Below, piece after piece: positions 48,785-59,218 of a DNA stretch of 64,000 bases. Made by a program: the position numbers and the translations under genes. The notes below the pieces were generated by a model that was not told where the DNA came from, did not search any database, and worked only from the letters and a program-made list of their open reading frames with translations. The stretch covers positions 91,991-155,990 of the forward strand of contig OZ246413.1 in assembly GCA_965231085.1 (NCBI GenBank), read 5' to 3'. Positions within the stretch are counted from its first letter, which is position 1, and the number at the start of each line of letters is the position of its first letter. The DNA comes from an uncultured Candidatus Saccharibacteria bacterium (GTDB lineage: Bacteria > Patescibacteriota > Saccharimonadia > Saccharimonadales > UBA10212).

Positions 48785-49843
48785 ATGACAAAAAATAATA
48801 TAACAATGGACGATTTACTCGCAACTAGCCCAGCTAGAGTAAAAGCTGGAGACGTTGTTGAGGGCACTATTACTAGTGTCAAAAAACACGAGGTTTGGGT
48901 GGATATGGGAGCGAACGGTGTTGGAGTTATCTTCCGCCGAGAAGCAGGTCCAGGTGCTATGCAAGAGGGGGAGGCGATTACAGCAAGTGTTGTTGACCCT
49001 GAGCTAGACGAAGGCTATGCGCTTCTATCAATGAAGCGAGCCGTAAAAGATAAGGGTTGGGGCGAACTACAAAGACAATTTGAAGAGCAGGAAGTGGTAG
49101 AAGTTAGCCCGTATGATGCTAACCGCGGTGGACTACTTGTAGAGCTGGAAGGAATCCGTGGTTTCTTACCTGTTAGTCAATTAGCAGCCGAACACTACCC
49201 TAGAGTATCTGACTCTGACAAAGATCAGATCCTTAGTAAGCTAAACGCGTTAATAGGACAAACCCTAAGAGTAAGAATCCTAGACGTTAGCCGCAAAGAC
49301 AACAAGCTTATTTTCTCCGAAAAAGAAGCGGTCCGCGGCGATATGGCTGGACGACTTGAGAAGCTGAAAGTTGGAGACGAAGTTGAAGGTACTGTGACCG
49401 GAGTCATTGACTTTGGTGCATTCGTAAATGTAGATGGTATTGAAGGGTTAGTGCACATTTCTGAAATTTCATGGGAGAGAGTGGAAGACCCTAAGAAATA
49501 CGTTAAGGTTGGCGATGTTATCAAAGCCAAGATTATCGCAATAGACAAGGATCGCCTGAGCTTATCTATTAAGCAGATGAGTGACGACCCATGGCTAAGC
49601 GAAGTTAAGAAATTCAAAAAGGGTGAAATAGTAGAGGGTAAAATTACCCGCATCACACCTTTTGGTGCGTTTGTGCAGCTTAGCCCAGCAGTTGAAGCCC
49701 TAGTGCATGTATCCGAAATGAGCGATGACGAAGGTATTGACCCAGAGGCTATCTTTAAACTCAACGAAAAGAAGAAATTCAAGGTTATCGACGTTGATAC
49801 CGATAACAGAAAAATTGCCCTGTCCCTAAAAGACGTTAAGTAA
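48785..49843 (+). CDS. rpsA: 30S ribosomal protein S1 (short form with four S1 domains)
   Basis: Four repeats of the G-x-V-x-G-x-V...GAFV...G(L/F)(V/L)H(I/V)SE pattern. A candidate promoter (TTGACT-17-TACAAT) lies at about 48648..48676. Confidence 0.85.
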   Translation: MTKNNITMDDLLATSPARVKAGDVVEGTITSVKKHEVWVDMGANGVGVIFRREAGPGAMQEGEAITASVVDPELDEGYALLSMKRAVKDKGWGELQRQFEEQEVVEVSPYDANRGGLLVELEGIRGFLPVSQLAAEHYPRVSDSDKDQILSKLNALIGQTLRVRILDVSRKDNKLIFSEKEAVRGDMAGRLEKLKVGDEVEGTVTGVIDFGAFVNVDGIEGLVHISEISWERVEDPKKYVKVGDVIKAKIIAIDKDRLSLSIKQMSDDPWLSEVKKFKKGEIVEGKITRITPFGAFVQLSPAVEALVHVSEMSDDEGIDPEAIFKLNEKKKFKVIDVDTDNRKIALSLKDVK

Positions 49844-49867
49844 AATGTGCAAGAAAGGAGTTAATTT

Positions 49868-51628
49868 ATGGCCAAGATTATCGAAATCGACGAGCTCGTT
49901 ACAGTTGGCAAATTGGCCGAACTCCTTAGCTTGCCAGTTACCCAGATAATAGCTGAACTATTTAAAAACGGTGTTATGGCCACCGTTAATGAAAAAATAG
50001 ACTTTGATACAGCTCAAATTATAGTGGGCGAGCTTGGTTTGGAGGTTGAACTTGCCAAAAAACAACATGAAGCCGCTCCAGTGAGGGTGAAAAAAGAGGT
50101 TAGCGACAAGGCCGAGGCTCGCCCGCCGGTTGTTGCAATGATGGGGCACGTTGACCACGGCAAAACCAGCTTACTGGATGCTATCCGAGGCACCGAAGAC
50201 GTTAAAGGCGAGGCAGGGGGTATCACACAGCACCTCAGCGCCTACCAGATTGAGCATGGCGGTAAGCACATCACATTTCTGGATACTCCAGGCCACGAGG
50301 CTTTTGCGGCCCTTCGGGAGCATGGTGCCAGATTAACCGACCTTGTAATTATTGTTATAGCTGCTGATGACGGTATAAAACCCCAAACTCTAGAAGCCAT
50401 TAGATTTGCCAGACAAGCAGGGGTGAAGATGATAGTGGCTGCTAACAAAATGGATAAACCTGGCGCTGACATCAATAGACTTAAACAACAGCTGTCAGAA
50501 AACGGTCTAATGCCCGAAGACTGGGGTGGCGACACTATAATTATGCCGGTTTCGGCTAAAACCAAGGCAGGTATTAACGAACTTCTGGATATGGTTATAC
50601 TAGTTGCCGAAGTTGAAGAACTTAAGGCCGACTACGCTGGTCCAGCTAGTGGCTTAGTTATTGAATCACACATGGAGCAGGGTATGGGCCCAGTAGCTGA
50701 GATGATGGTAGAGCAAGGCACTCTAAAAACGGGCGATTATATAGTAATTGGCGATACTTATGGCAAAGTAAAAACATTGCGAACAACAGATAATAAAACA
50801 ATTAATTCGGCTGGGCCATCTACCCCAGTTATAATCTCGGGGCTCAAAGCCTTGCCAGACTTTGGCGAGGAATTTAGTATTGTAGCAAGCGAAAAGCTGG
50901 CCAAGGCTCAATCTAGCCAGACAGCTCAAAACGCCAAAGACACTAGCGGCGGCGGCTCTACCAGCAGCTCGGAGTTCTTGCGGATCATCAGCAGGGCCAA
51001 TAAGCTAACAGAGCTAAACATTGTAGTTAAGGCCGATGTGCAGGGCTCATTAACATCGGTGATAGATAGTCTAAAAACATTAGATACTGATGAAGTCGCC
51101 GTTAAGGTAGTAAGTTCTGGAGTGGGGATTATAAGCGAGAATGATATACATACAGCCCACACGGCGGGTGCCATTATTTATGGCTTTCATGTAGATTTAC
51201 CAACTAGCATTAAGCGGCTAGCTAACAGAGATAAAGTGCCTATAAGACTATACACCGTTATCTATGAGTTAATAGATGATGTTAAAAAAGAGCTAGAGGC
51301 TCTACTAGCACCTGAAGTTATTGAAGAAGAACAGGGCGAGCTAGCTGTTCGCGGGGTGTTTAAGATCACCAAAACCGAAGTTATCTGTGGTGGCGAAGTA
51401 CTAAAAGGCAAATTGGTTGCACCAAGCTTAGCCAAGATATATAGAGACAAAGTATTAATCGCTGAAGAAGTCGAAATTGTTAAGCTGCAGCGTGGCCCAC
51501 AAGAAGTAAAAGAGGTTTTGGCTGGCGAAATGTGCGGCCTGAGCTTCAGGACCGAAAAGCGGGTTGAGGTGCAAGAAGGCGATCGTATACATCTGTTTAC
51601 TCGCGAAACAAAAAAACGCAGCTTGTAG
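49868..51628 (+). CDS. infB: Translation initiation factor IF-2 (short N-terminus)
   Basis: GTPase motifs GHVDHGKTS, DTPGH and NKMD, and IF-2 domains to the C-terminus. Strong SD aaggag. Confidence 0.95.
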   Translation: MAKIIEIDELVTVGKLAELLSLPVTQIIAELFKNGVMATVNEKIDFDTAQIIVGELGLEVELAKKQHEAAPVRVKKEVSDKAEARPPVVAMMGHVDHGKTSLLDAIRGTEDVKGEAGGITQHLSAYQIEHGGKHITFLDTPGHEAFAALREHGARLTDLVIIVIAADDGIKPQTLEAIRFARQAGVKMIVAANKMDKPGADINRLKQQLSENGLMPEDWGGDTIIMPVSAKTKAGINELLDMVILVAEVEELKADYAGPASGLVIESHMEQGMGPVAEMMVEQGTLKTGDYIVIGDTYGKVKTLRTTDNKTINSAGPSTPVIISGLKALPDFGEEFSIVASEKLAKAQSSQTAQNAKDTSGGGSTSSSEFLRIISRANKLTELNIVVKADVQGSLTSVIDSLKTLDTDEVAVKVVSSGVGIISENDIHTAHTAGAIIYGFHVDLPTSIKRLANRDKVPIRLYTVIYELIDDVKKELEALLAPEVIEEEQGELAVRGVFKITKTEVICGGEVLKGKLVAPSLAKIYRDKVLIAEEVEIVKLQRGPQEVKEVLAGEMCGLSFRTEKRVEVQEGDRIHLFTRETKKRSL

Positions 51629-51742
51629 GATCAATTTACCTGTGCATAACTCCGGCGAAACAGCTTGCGTTTATACTAGGACGATGTTAATTTAAACTAC
51701 AGATAGATGTAATAATAAACAGTAAATAAGGCGTCAATATTA

Positions 51743-53389
51743 ATGGCTGAGATAATAGCTAACACGGGCGATAGTCAATTGATCGAGTACAGTAATGGGC
51801 AGAATCATTTGTATGATATAGATCCATCTACGGGTAAAAAGACTCATGTTGGCGAAGAACAGTATCTAAAAGATTGGGGTCATGATCCAAGTGTTCGTGA
51901 AAGTTCCACAGTCGCTAAGGAAACGGTAACTGAAGACACAATGGCAAAACCAGAAGAAACATTTGAGTCGACAGCTGAGACCGAGAAGTCCAAGGATGTT
52001 TATGATGAGTTCGCCGAGGCAGCCCGCCAAGGTTATGAAAAAGGTTTCAAAGAGTGGCTGCAGGATAAGCAGAAAAAGGAAATTGCTGCCTGGACAACCT
52101 TTGTTCGCCCAGCAGGTGAAGCTGCTCTAAGCGGCCTAGACCAAATTTTTAATGGCCGCGAGAATTTGCGATGGATGATGCAAAATGAGCATGGTCGTAG
52201 TATCGTTACTAACTTTATGAATAGCCCCGCAGGCAAAGAAGCCATGACTGCCGCCTCCTCTGCTTACGGTTCAGAGGTAGATGGCATGAAACAAGATGCC
52301 GAACTTTACACCTCTAGACGCGGCGAAGCACAGCCAACGGATGATGATATACGTAAATATGTACTTGATAAATTAGATAGAGAGAATCTGCAAGCTTCAG
52401 AATCACAGGCAGCCGCTGCAGCCGAGCAGGTGCCCCCTACGGACGATGAAACCGCAGCCGCTGGCTCAACATCAGACGATGCTGCGGTCACTGAACCGGC
52501 CAGTCAGGCGGGTCAAGCTGGTGAGGCTGAGCAAGACACCGTTGCTAGCGAGGCAACAGGACTAACGTCAGCAGTAACAGCTAGCGAAGCAGGGGATCTA
52601 GAATCTGCAGCCAGCCAAGACGATGTTACTGAAACTATGCCCAAGGACAATGTGACAGAAGATAGCGCAGGAGAGGCAAGTGACCAGAGCAAAAGACTAG
52701 CGCTAATACAAAAATGGAACCGGGAAGACGAAGACTTTTTTGGCGAAAATGGCCCTCGCAACCAAGACAGTACAGAGCAGGGTGCAGAAAAAGGATCTAG
52801 GTTCAAACGAGCCATGGATAAAGCTCGCGAAAAAGCTAGAAAAGGGCTATTAGTTGCCCCAGTTATGTGGCAAACCAGAACCACAAAAGAAGTACGCGAA
52901 GCAGCAGAGAAAGAAGACAAGAAAAAACGCAATAAATGGTTAGTCGCCGGTGCCGCTGCTATTGTTGCCGGCGGGGCAGCCTACCTGATTGATCGGTATC
53001 TATTTGGCGGCGCACATCATAATATTATAGATGTTAATACCTTCCACCCAGATTCGTTTAAGGGCCCAACAGGGGCTGATGCTACGCACAATATGCTTCA
53101 TGTTTTTGAGAGAAACGGGTATACGGTTAGCGGTATAGACGATCCTGCAAAAATAGCAAAACTTAACCATTTATTGCAGCAAAACGGCATTGATATAGCA
53201 TCTGGTATGAAAAAGGGACCAAACGGCCTAGAGCAGAATCTAGTACATTGGCCAAACCCAGGTGAACAGACCGTAAATGCTGGGGCCTCTGACCTCCAGG
53301 GTCTACCAAGAGTGGTTGATTCGACTGTGCCAATGTTTGAAAAGGCTGCCGAACTAGCCAAACAAGTTGGCATAGAGATTAGCAAATAA
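51743..53389 (+). CDS. Acidic A/E/T-rich protein with one TM helix near residue 400, function unknown
   Basis: 548 aa with a hydrophobic segment WLVAGAAAIVAGGAAYLI. I recognise no family. Confidence 0.5.
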   Translation: MAEIIANTGDSQLIEYSNGQNHLYDIDPSTGKKTHVGEEQYLKDWGHDPSVRESSTVAKETVTEDTMAKPEETFESTAETEKSKDVYDEFAEAARQGYEKGFKEWLQDKQKKEIAAWTTFVRPAGEAALSGLDQIFNGRENLRWMMQNEHGRSIVTNFMNSPAGKEAMTAASSAYGSEVDGMKQDAELYTSRRGEAQPTDDDIRKYVLDKLDRENLQASESQAAAAAEQVPPTDDETAAAGSTSDDAAVTEPASQAGQAGEAEQDTVASEATGLTSAVTASEAGDLESAASQDDVTETMPKDNVTEDSAGEASDQSKRLALIQKWNREDEDFFGENGPRNQDSTEQGAEKGSRFKRAMDKAREKARKGLLVAPVMWQTRTTKEVREAAEKEDKKKRNKWLVAGAAAIVAGGAAYLIDRYLFGGAHHNIIDVNTFHPDSFKGPTGADATHNMLHVFERNGYTVSGIDDPAKIAKLNHLLQQNGIDIASGMKKGPNGLEQNLVHWPNPGEQTVNAGASDLQGLPRVVDSTVPMFEKAAELAKQVGIEISK

Positions 53390-53413
53390 AGTTCATAAGG
53401 GGAGGGCGATATA

Positions 53414-53731
53414 ATGCAACCAACAACAGATATAGACAGCCTACTGGCAGAACTAGGCCTAGCCTCGATGAACGAGGCAAACAAAGAAAAGTTTTTAGAT
53501 ATGTTTACTGAAACACTACAGCTTCGGATAGGGATGCGCCTAGAGGAGAGCTTAGGTGACGATAAACTCCAAGAGTTCGAAAACATGGTAGATAGTGGCG
53601 AGGACGACAAGCTTAGTGACTGGCTTGAGACCAACGTGCCCGGGTATCAAGGGCTGGTTCAGCAGGAGATGGAAAGCCTAAAAGCGGAGTATAAAGAACA
53701 GGCACCAACGATTTTAGCAAATCAGCAGTAA
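53414..53731 (+). CDS. Small helical acidic protein, paralogue A
   Basis: 105 aa. It shares LLxELGLxxxxxxxKxKxLxxxxETLxLRxGMRLxExxxDxQLxEFE...WLETNxPxY...LKAExKxQAPxI with the next ORF. Confidence 0.5.
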   Translation: MQPTTDIDSLLAELGLASMNEANKEKFLDMFTETLQLRIGMRLEESLGDDKLQEFENMVDSGEDDKLSDWLETNVPGYQGLVQQEMESLKAEYKEQAPTILANQQ

Positions 53732-53779
53732 AAGTTTACGCACAAGAGTGCTATTATATTGTTATAAACAGGGGCAGAT

Positions 53780-54166
53780 ATGTTCAAGTTAGACGATGAT
53801 TTATTACAGGAGTTAGGCCTGGGGGCATTACCAGCAACTGAAAAAAATAAAATGCTGGCTCATATATATGAGACGCTCGAACTTAGAGTTGGTATGCGTC
53901 TGGCTGAGCAAATGACCGATGCTCAGCTTGATGAGTTTGAAGGTTTTATAGACAGAAATGACGAAGCCGGAGCGCTAAAATGGCTGGAAACTAATTTTCC
54001 GGATTATAAAAAAGTAGTAGCCGAAGAACTAGACAAGCTAAAGGCAGAAATTAAAACCCAGGCTCCAATGATAGTTCAGGCTACTATGGCTGATCTTAGC
54101 ACTCAAAATCAAACACCACCGCCAGCGGCACCCGCACAACCAAATCAGCAAGCTCCTAGCTGGTAA
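53780..54166 (+). CDS. Small helical acidic protein, paralogue B
   Basis: 128 aa, collinear with 53414..53731, plus a P/A/Q-rich tail. Confidence 0.5.
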   Translation: MFKLDDDLLQELGLGALPATEKNKMLAHIYETLELRVGMRLAEQMTDAQLDEFEGFIDRNDEAGALKWLETNFPDYKKVVAEELDKLKAEIKTQAPMIVQATMADLSTQNQTPPPAAPAQPNQQAPSW

Positions 54167-54178
54167 TTAAAACAAGTT

Positions 54179-55060
54179 TCATCTGGCGTAGCCCCTAATA
54201 AAGTCGGCTCCGCTCATTGTTTTGCCGCTGGGGCCAATTAACTCTTGTATCTCAAGATAACTATTGTTGCAGGGTCTTACTAATTGCCCATCGTCTGTAG
54301 ATTGTGCGACTCTAGCTTTAGTAACTATGACCTTATGACCAAATAGTTCGGTAGCACTTCTAGGGTAGCCCAAGTAGGCCCGAACTTCCCGCTCCAAAAT
54401 ATCAGCTGGCTTTGACCAGTCAATTAGACCCGCTTCTTTTGTGAGCAGCTTGGTATAAGTTGCTTTTGAATTGTCTTGGTCGGTCGGCTTTAGAGAGCCA
54501 CTGATTATAGCCGACAGGTTGCTGGCCAATAGAGTAGCCCCAAGGGTAGCTAATTTTTCGTATAACTCAGGCCGTGTTTCGTTACCAGCCAAAGCGACCT
54601 TCTTTTGTAGATAAACCGGGCCAGCATCCATTGCAGCCGTAAGTTTCATTAATGAAATAGCTGTATCTTTATCTCCGTTTATGATGACAGCCTCAATCGG
54701 TGCCGGACCTCTGTATCTGGGAAGCTCCGATGGGTGTAGATTAATAATACCGCCTGGGAAAATGTCTATAAAACTCTGAGGTATTATTTTGCCATAGGCA
54801 ACCAGAACTCCGTGGGAGGGTTCTAAATTTTTGATGTCGCTGGCTATGTTAGCAAGTTTGTCCGGTTGAAAAAGTCGTAGGTTGTTTTTCTCAGCTATTT
54901 TTTTAACCTTAGGTGGCATACTTTTTTGGCCGCGACCTACTTTTGAGTCTGGTTTAGTAATCACGGCAACTATATTAAAACCAGCCTCAATAAGCGCTTC
55001 TAGGCTTTTGGCGCTAAAGTCCTCAGTCCCGAAAAATACCAGCTTGTTTGACTTGCTCAT
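54179..55060 (-). CDS. fmt: Methionyl-tRNA formyltransferase
   Basis: LVFFGT..F, NLHPSELPRYRGPAPI and a C-terminal Fmt domain. Confidence 0.9.
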   Translation of the reverse strand: MSKSNKLVFFGTEDFSAKSLEALIEAGFNIVAVITKPDSKVGRGQKSMPPKVKKIAEKNNLRLFQPDKLANIASDIKNLEPSHGVLVAYGKIIPQSFIDIFPGGIINLHPSELPRYRGPAPIEAVIINGDKDTAISLMKLTAAMDAGPVYLQKKVALAGNETRPELYEKLATLGATLLASNLSAIISGSLKPTDQDNSKATYTKLLTKEAGLIDWSKPADILEREVRAYLGYPRSATELFGHKVIVTKARVAQSTDDGQLVRPCNNSYLEIQELIGPSGKTMSGADFIRGYAR

Positions 55061-55598
55061 AGTCTAAGTTCTCGAGTTTCCCAGACTCAGTTAATTTATA
55101 AAAAGCATCCTTTATATCCTTGATATGATCAACAAAAACTATTCCGTTGGTATGATCTATCTCGTGTTGGAAGACTCTAGCTAAAAACCCCTCGGCTTTT
55201 ACGCGAACTTCGCGGCCATTTTGATCAAGAGCACGAACTCTAACTTTGGTATGGCGAGGCACTTTGCCATAGATATCTTTAACACTTAAACAGCCTTCGT
55301 AATCGGATTCTATTTCACCTTCAAACTTAACGATCTCAGGGTTTATAAAAATACTGAACGTTTTATCATTTTTGTCATCAAAATCATTACGTACAATAAC
55401 TAATTTCAGTGGTTTATCTATTTGAATAGCAGCAAGGGCAACACCTAGTTCGTGCTTTCGGCTGTCTTCCCAGTCAAGAGTAGCTAGTTCCATGTCGGTA
55501 ATAATTTGTTTAATTTCATCAGTAACTAGCCCAATTTTCTTAGACTTTTCGCGTAGGTGCTTGTTAGGCAGGCTTATTATTAAATTCCGTTTTGACAT
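55023..55598 (-). CDS. def: Peptide deformylase
   Basis: GVALAAIQI, EGCLSV and QHEIDH motifs. It overlaps fmt by 38 nt. Confidence 0.9.
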   Translation of the reverse strand: MSKRNLIISLPNKHLREKSKKIGLVTDEIKQIITDMELATLDWEDSRKHELGVALAAIQIDKPLKLVIVRNDFDDKNDKTFSIFINPEIVKFEGEIESDYEGCLSVKDIYGKVPRHTKVRVRALDQNGREVRVKAEGFLARVFQHEIDHTNGIVFVDHIKDIKDAFYKLTESGKLENLDYEQVKQAGIFRD

Positions 55599-55630
55599 GT
55601 GAATAGTATAACTTACCTCTGTTAATAAGC

Positions 55631-57565
55631 CTATAATAAATTGGCAGGGTCCAAATCAACGCGCCAATCGCTGGGTATTAGATTTTTAATCTGCAATAGA
55701 TCGGCTCGGTTTTTACTCTTAACAACAACTTGATAGTAGTAGTACTGACCTCGTCTGGCGTAAAAGGCTGGAGCTGGGCCAATAATCTCAACCGATAGTC
55801 TTAAGCGCTGCATTTCTAGCACTATTTTGTTAGCGGCTGCTGAGCACGCCGCCTCGGACGTTTTTCGGCACACCGCCTGAAGGAGGTAACTGAAAGGGGG
55901 GAATCGGTATTTTTTTCTATCAGCCAAGCAGTAGCTGTAAAACTTATCGTAATCTCGGTCCACGGCTGATTTGATAATAATACTAGAAGGTTCGTATGTT
56001 TGAACAATTACCTTACTCAATCCATGGCCTCTACCAACACGCCCTATTACCTGGTAAAGAAGCTGAAAGGTTCTTTCCTCGCTCGAGAAGTCAGGTAGGC
56101 CCATTGAACTTTCGGCTGCAACTATACCAACTAAGCCAAGTTTTGGTAGGTCCAGGCCCTTCGCTACCACCTGGGTGCCAACTAGAATGTTAATTTTTCC
56201 AGTTACGATCTCATCATACCTTTCGTCTAATCGCTCGCCGACGTTGTTATCGCCGTCGAACCTTTTGATTACGTGGTTTGGGAAGAGCCTTTTTACCTCA
56301 TCAGCTAGAGCTTGAGAACCAATTGAACGATAAATAAGATCGACATTGTTGCAAGTAGGACATGATTTTGGTGATTCGGCCCGGTAATTACAGATGTGGC
56401 AACGAACCTCGTGTTTGTCGGAGTGGTATATCAGGGGTATATCACAGTTTGGGCACAAGTATTGCCAGCCACAATTGGTGCAAAGAATTAACCTAGATGA
56501 TCCACGCCGGTTTAGATAAATAATAACCTGTTTTTTAGATGATAAGCATTTACCAATCTCACTAACCAACTGTTTAGACAAATGTTGGCTGACTGTAAAA
56601 TTTTGTCGATTTTTTAGATCAACCATCTCTATTGATACGGATTCTTTTTTGGAAATATCTTGTCTCATTTTAACCACCGCATCGTGAGAATTAGCCAAGT
56701 AATAGTCCTCGATTGAAGGTGTGGCACTACCAAGAACTACACGGGATTTAGTAAGCACGCCTAGTTGCGATGCAACCCTTGTTGTTTGATAACGCGGACT
56801 TTGCTCTTGCTTGTAGGCTGGTTCGTGAGCCTCATCTAGGATAACCAGACCGATATCTTTTAGAGGACTAAATAGCGCAGATCTGGCACCAATAATCACC
56901 AAAGGTTGTGTCGAGTTTATAATTTCAAGCCAAAGTCTTTTTCTTTTGGAAGCAGAAAGTTGTGAGTGCAAGACTATAACTTTGTGGTTAATATGAGATT
57001 CAAAGACCATAGCTAGTTGGGTGGTGAGAGTTATTTCTGGGGTCAAAACTATAACCGACTTATTACTAGCCAGCACTTTTTTAGCAAGCTCAACATAGAC
57101 CCTGGTTTTTCCGCTACCGGTTTCGCCGTGCAGCAAGACAGTTGTGCTGAGCTTGCCCTCTATTTCTTTTATGGCCTTCTTTTGGCTAGGCAGTAATTCA
57201 GGGTGCCACTCAATCTGATCCATGGCCCGAGCCATTGCATCGGTAGCTAATTTCCTAATCATTGGTTTTGAAGGAGTAAACAGGGCGAGTGATTCAGCCA
57301 AAGAACATTGGTAATATTGGCTCATCCAACTTGCAAGATTAAAACAATAATCAGGCAAAGGCGAGTCGCTAACAATATTTTTTATTGGCTTAACGACAAA
57401 CCTCGGTTTTTTATTAACAAGCTTAGTTACGAAACCAGTGATGGTTCGATTGCGCAGCTCAACGGTAACCGCGCAGCGCAAGGCAATATTTTCCTCAGAG
57501 GAATATGTTAAGGGCTTATCTGAATGATATCGGCTGTCAGCTGGCATTACCTCAAAGTAGTTCAT
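55631..57565 (-). CDS. priA: Primosomal protein N' (replication restart helicase)
   Basis: Walker A GETGSGKT, DEAH box (LDEAHE) and the Cys-rich zinc insertion CxxC...CxxC...CxxC. Confidence 0.9.
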   Translation of the reverse strand: MNYFEVMPADSRYHSDKPLTYSSEENIALRCAVTVELRNRTITGFVTKLVNKKPRFVVKPIKNIVSDSPLPDYCFNLASWMSQYYQCSLAESLALFTPSKPMIRKLATDAMARAMDQIEWHPELLPSQKKAIKEIEGKLSTTVLLHGETGSGKTRVYVELAKKVLASNKSVIVLTPEITLTTQLAMVFESHINHKVIVLHSQLSASKRKRLWLEIINSTQPLVIIGARSALFSPLKDIGLVILDEAHEPAYKQEQSPRYQTTRVASQLGVLTKSRVVLGSATPSIEDYYLANSHDAVVKMRQDISKKESVSIEMVDLKNRQNFTVSQHLSKQLVSEIGKCLSSKKQVIIYLNRRGSSRLILCTNCGWQYLCPNCDIPLIYHSDKHEVRCHICNYRAESPKSCPTCNNVDLIYRSIGSQALADEVKRLFPNHVIKRFDGDNNVGERLDERYDEIVTGKINILVGTQVVAKGLDLPKLGLVGIVAAESSMGLPDFSSEERTFQLLYQVIGRVGRGHGLSKVIVQTYEPSSIIIKSAVDRDYDKFYSYCLADRKKYRFPPFSYLLQAVCRKTSEAACSAAANKIVLEMQRLRLSVEIIGPAPAFYARRGQYYYYQVVVKSKNRADLLQIKNLIPSDWRVDLDPANLL

Positions 57566-57670
57566 CTAAGACCTAGTATAGCGGCTAATTAAAATTATGG
57601 TGTTGCAAAGAAGTTAACAGTTGCGTTATACTTTACGTTGTCTGAATAACAATGAAGGCGGAGATTAAAA

Positions 57671-57958
57671 GTGTTAGATACGTTCATAACATCTAGGGTT
57701 AGGCGCAAGATAATTGTTGTCTATGCAAAATATCCTGACTTCAAGACCCACGTTAGGGGCCTTGCTAAACTTATAAAAGAAGATGCGGGTAATATCCAGC
57801 GCGAGCTAAAAAGACTAGAAAAGATTGGCTTTTTAATATCCGAAAAGCAGAGCAATACCAAAATTTATTACACGAACAAAAATTTTCCAATTTTTAAAGA
57901 ACTACAGAGTATTGTCTTAAAAAGCCAGCGGGCTACACAAAAAAGACCTAAGCTCTAA
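57671..57958 (+). CDS. Small winged-helix DNA-binding protein
   Basis: 95 aa with a wHTH pattern related to the N-terminus of 7654..8292. GTG start. Confidence 0.5.
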   Translation: MLDTFITSRVRRKIIVVYAKYPDFKTHVRGLAKLIKEDAGNIQRELKRLEKIGFLISEKQSNTKIYYTNKNFPIFKELQSIVLKSQRATQKRPKL

Positions 57959-58010
57959 CTCAAGAAGTTAACCCTTTTAAAAACCTTATAAATAAGATAG
58001 AATAACACCG

Positions 58011-58223
58011 ATGATACAAGTAACAAGAAAAGATTCAAAAGAATCAGTCGAAAACCTACTGCGCCGTTTTAGCCGTAAGGTTGTTCAGTCTGGTGTTCTA
58101 GCTACTGCTAAAGAAATCCAAACTTTTGAAAAACCAATCAGTAAACGAGATCGCCGAGTGAAGGCCATAATTCGCAACGAGCGAAAAGCCGCGAAAATAA
58201 AAAAGCTTAAATTAGGACGGTAA
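58011..58223 (+). CDS. rpsU: 30S ribosomal protein S21
   Basis: 70 aa and basic. ESVENLLRRFSRKVVQSGVL...KRDRR resembles S21. Confidence 0.8.
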   Translation: MIQVTRKDSKESVENLLRRFSRKVVQSGVLATAKEIQTFEKPISKRDRRVKAIIRNERKAAKIKKLKLGR

Positions 58224-58228
58224 TCACT

Positions 58229-58678
58229 ATGCTAGATCAAATAGAGCGAGACCTAAAGGCCGCGCTGCTTTCTGGTGACAAAGAAAAAGTAGAGATTTTA
58301 AAAGGCATAAAAAATGCTTTGGTCTACGAGGCTGTTGCCCTAAACGCCCGCGAAACAGGCTTAAGCGATGAACAAATACAGAAAGTTTTGATGCGTGAGG
58401 CTAAAAAGCGGGCTGAAGCCGCTGAGCTTTATAAATCAGTCAGCGAGATGGAGCGAGCTAATAAAGAGATAGCCGAGAAAGCAGTTATCGATAGCTATTT
58501 ACCTAAACAAGTTGGTGAAGAAGAACTAAAAAACTTTATTCTCTCGGAAGTTTCGAAACTTGATAACCCTCAATCTTCAGATATGGGTAAGGTCATTGGT
58601 GCGACCAGACAGAAGTTTGGTGCGACAGCCGATGGGAGTACCATAGCCCGACTTGTAAAAGAGGCTTTGAATAAATAG
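58229..58678 (+). CDS. GatB/YqeY domain protein
   Basis: LKAALLSGDKEKVEILKGIKNAL...SYLPKQ...MGKVIG is typical of YqeY. Confidence 0.8.
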   Translation: MLDQIERDLKAALLSGDKEKVEILKGIKNALVYEAVALNARETGLSDEQIQKVLMREAKKRAEAAELYKSVSEMERANKEIAEKAVIDSYLPKQVGEEELKNFILSEVSKLDNPQSSDMGKVIGATRQKFGATADGSTIARLVKEALNK

Positions 58679-59215
58679 ATGATTATCGTTATGGGGGCGG
58701 TTGGGTCAGGCAAAAGCGAACAAACAAAAAGACTCGCTAATAAACTGCATTGCCCAAGAGTCTCAACTAGTCAACTTCTAAGAGATAATTTAACTCCAGA
58801 ACTTGAGGCCAAAATGATGGCCGGGGAGCTGGTTGATGATCAAAGAGTAATTGAATTATTGGGAGCCGAACTAGAGAGACTGAATGCCGATCATACCGAG
58901 CTTTTGTTGGACGGCGCTCCAAGATCGATAACCCAAGCTCAGTGGATGCTAGATAAAATCAACTCAGGCAAAATTATGCTTACAGCCATTATTAAGCTAG
59001 ATGTCTCCAAAAAAGTTGTTCTTGAGCGGCTATCTAAAAGAGCCAGACAAGACGACAAAGAAGAAGTGATTATTAAACGTCTTGCCGCGTATGAATCGAT
59101 AACCAACCCAGTGGTAGATTTTTTTAGGCACAATGGTGTTTTGGTCCACGAAATCGATGGTGAAGTAACTCCCGATGAAGTCGAAAAAGAAATAGCCAAA
59201 GTTCTAGGAATATAA
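58679..59215 (+). CDS. adk: Adenylate kinase (short form, no zinc lid)
   Basis: P-loop GAVGSGKS, LDGAPRSITQA (DGFPR-like), and RQDDKEEVIIKRLAAYESITNPVVDFF. Confidence 0.78.
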   Translation: MIIVMGAVGSGKSEQTKRLANKLHCPRVSTSQLLRDNLTPELEAKMMAGELVDDQRVIELLGAELERLNADHTELLLDGAPRSITQAQWMLDKINSGKIMLTAIIKLDVSKKVVLERLSKRARQDDKEEVIIKRLAAYESITNPVVDFFRHNGVLVHEIDGEVTPDEVEKEIAKVLGI

Positions 59216-59218
59216 ATT

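Noticed and set aside
48349-48882. Track ORFs 48349..48720, 48417..48650 (+) and 48652..48882 (-) in the ROK-rpsA intergenic region.
   Set aside because: They overlap one another, the ROK start and the rpsA promoter and leader. They have no SD sites and no recognisable motifs. The region is better explained as a promoter and 5' UTR.
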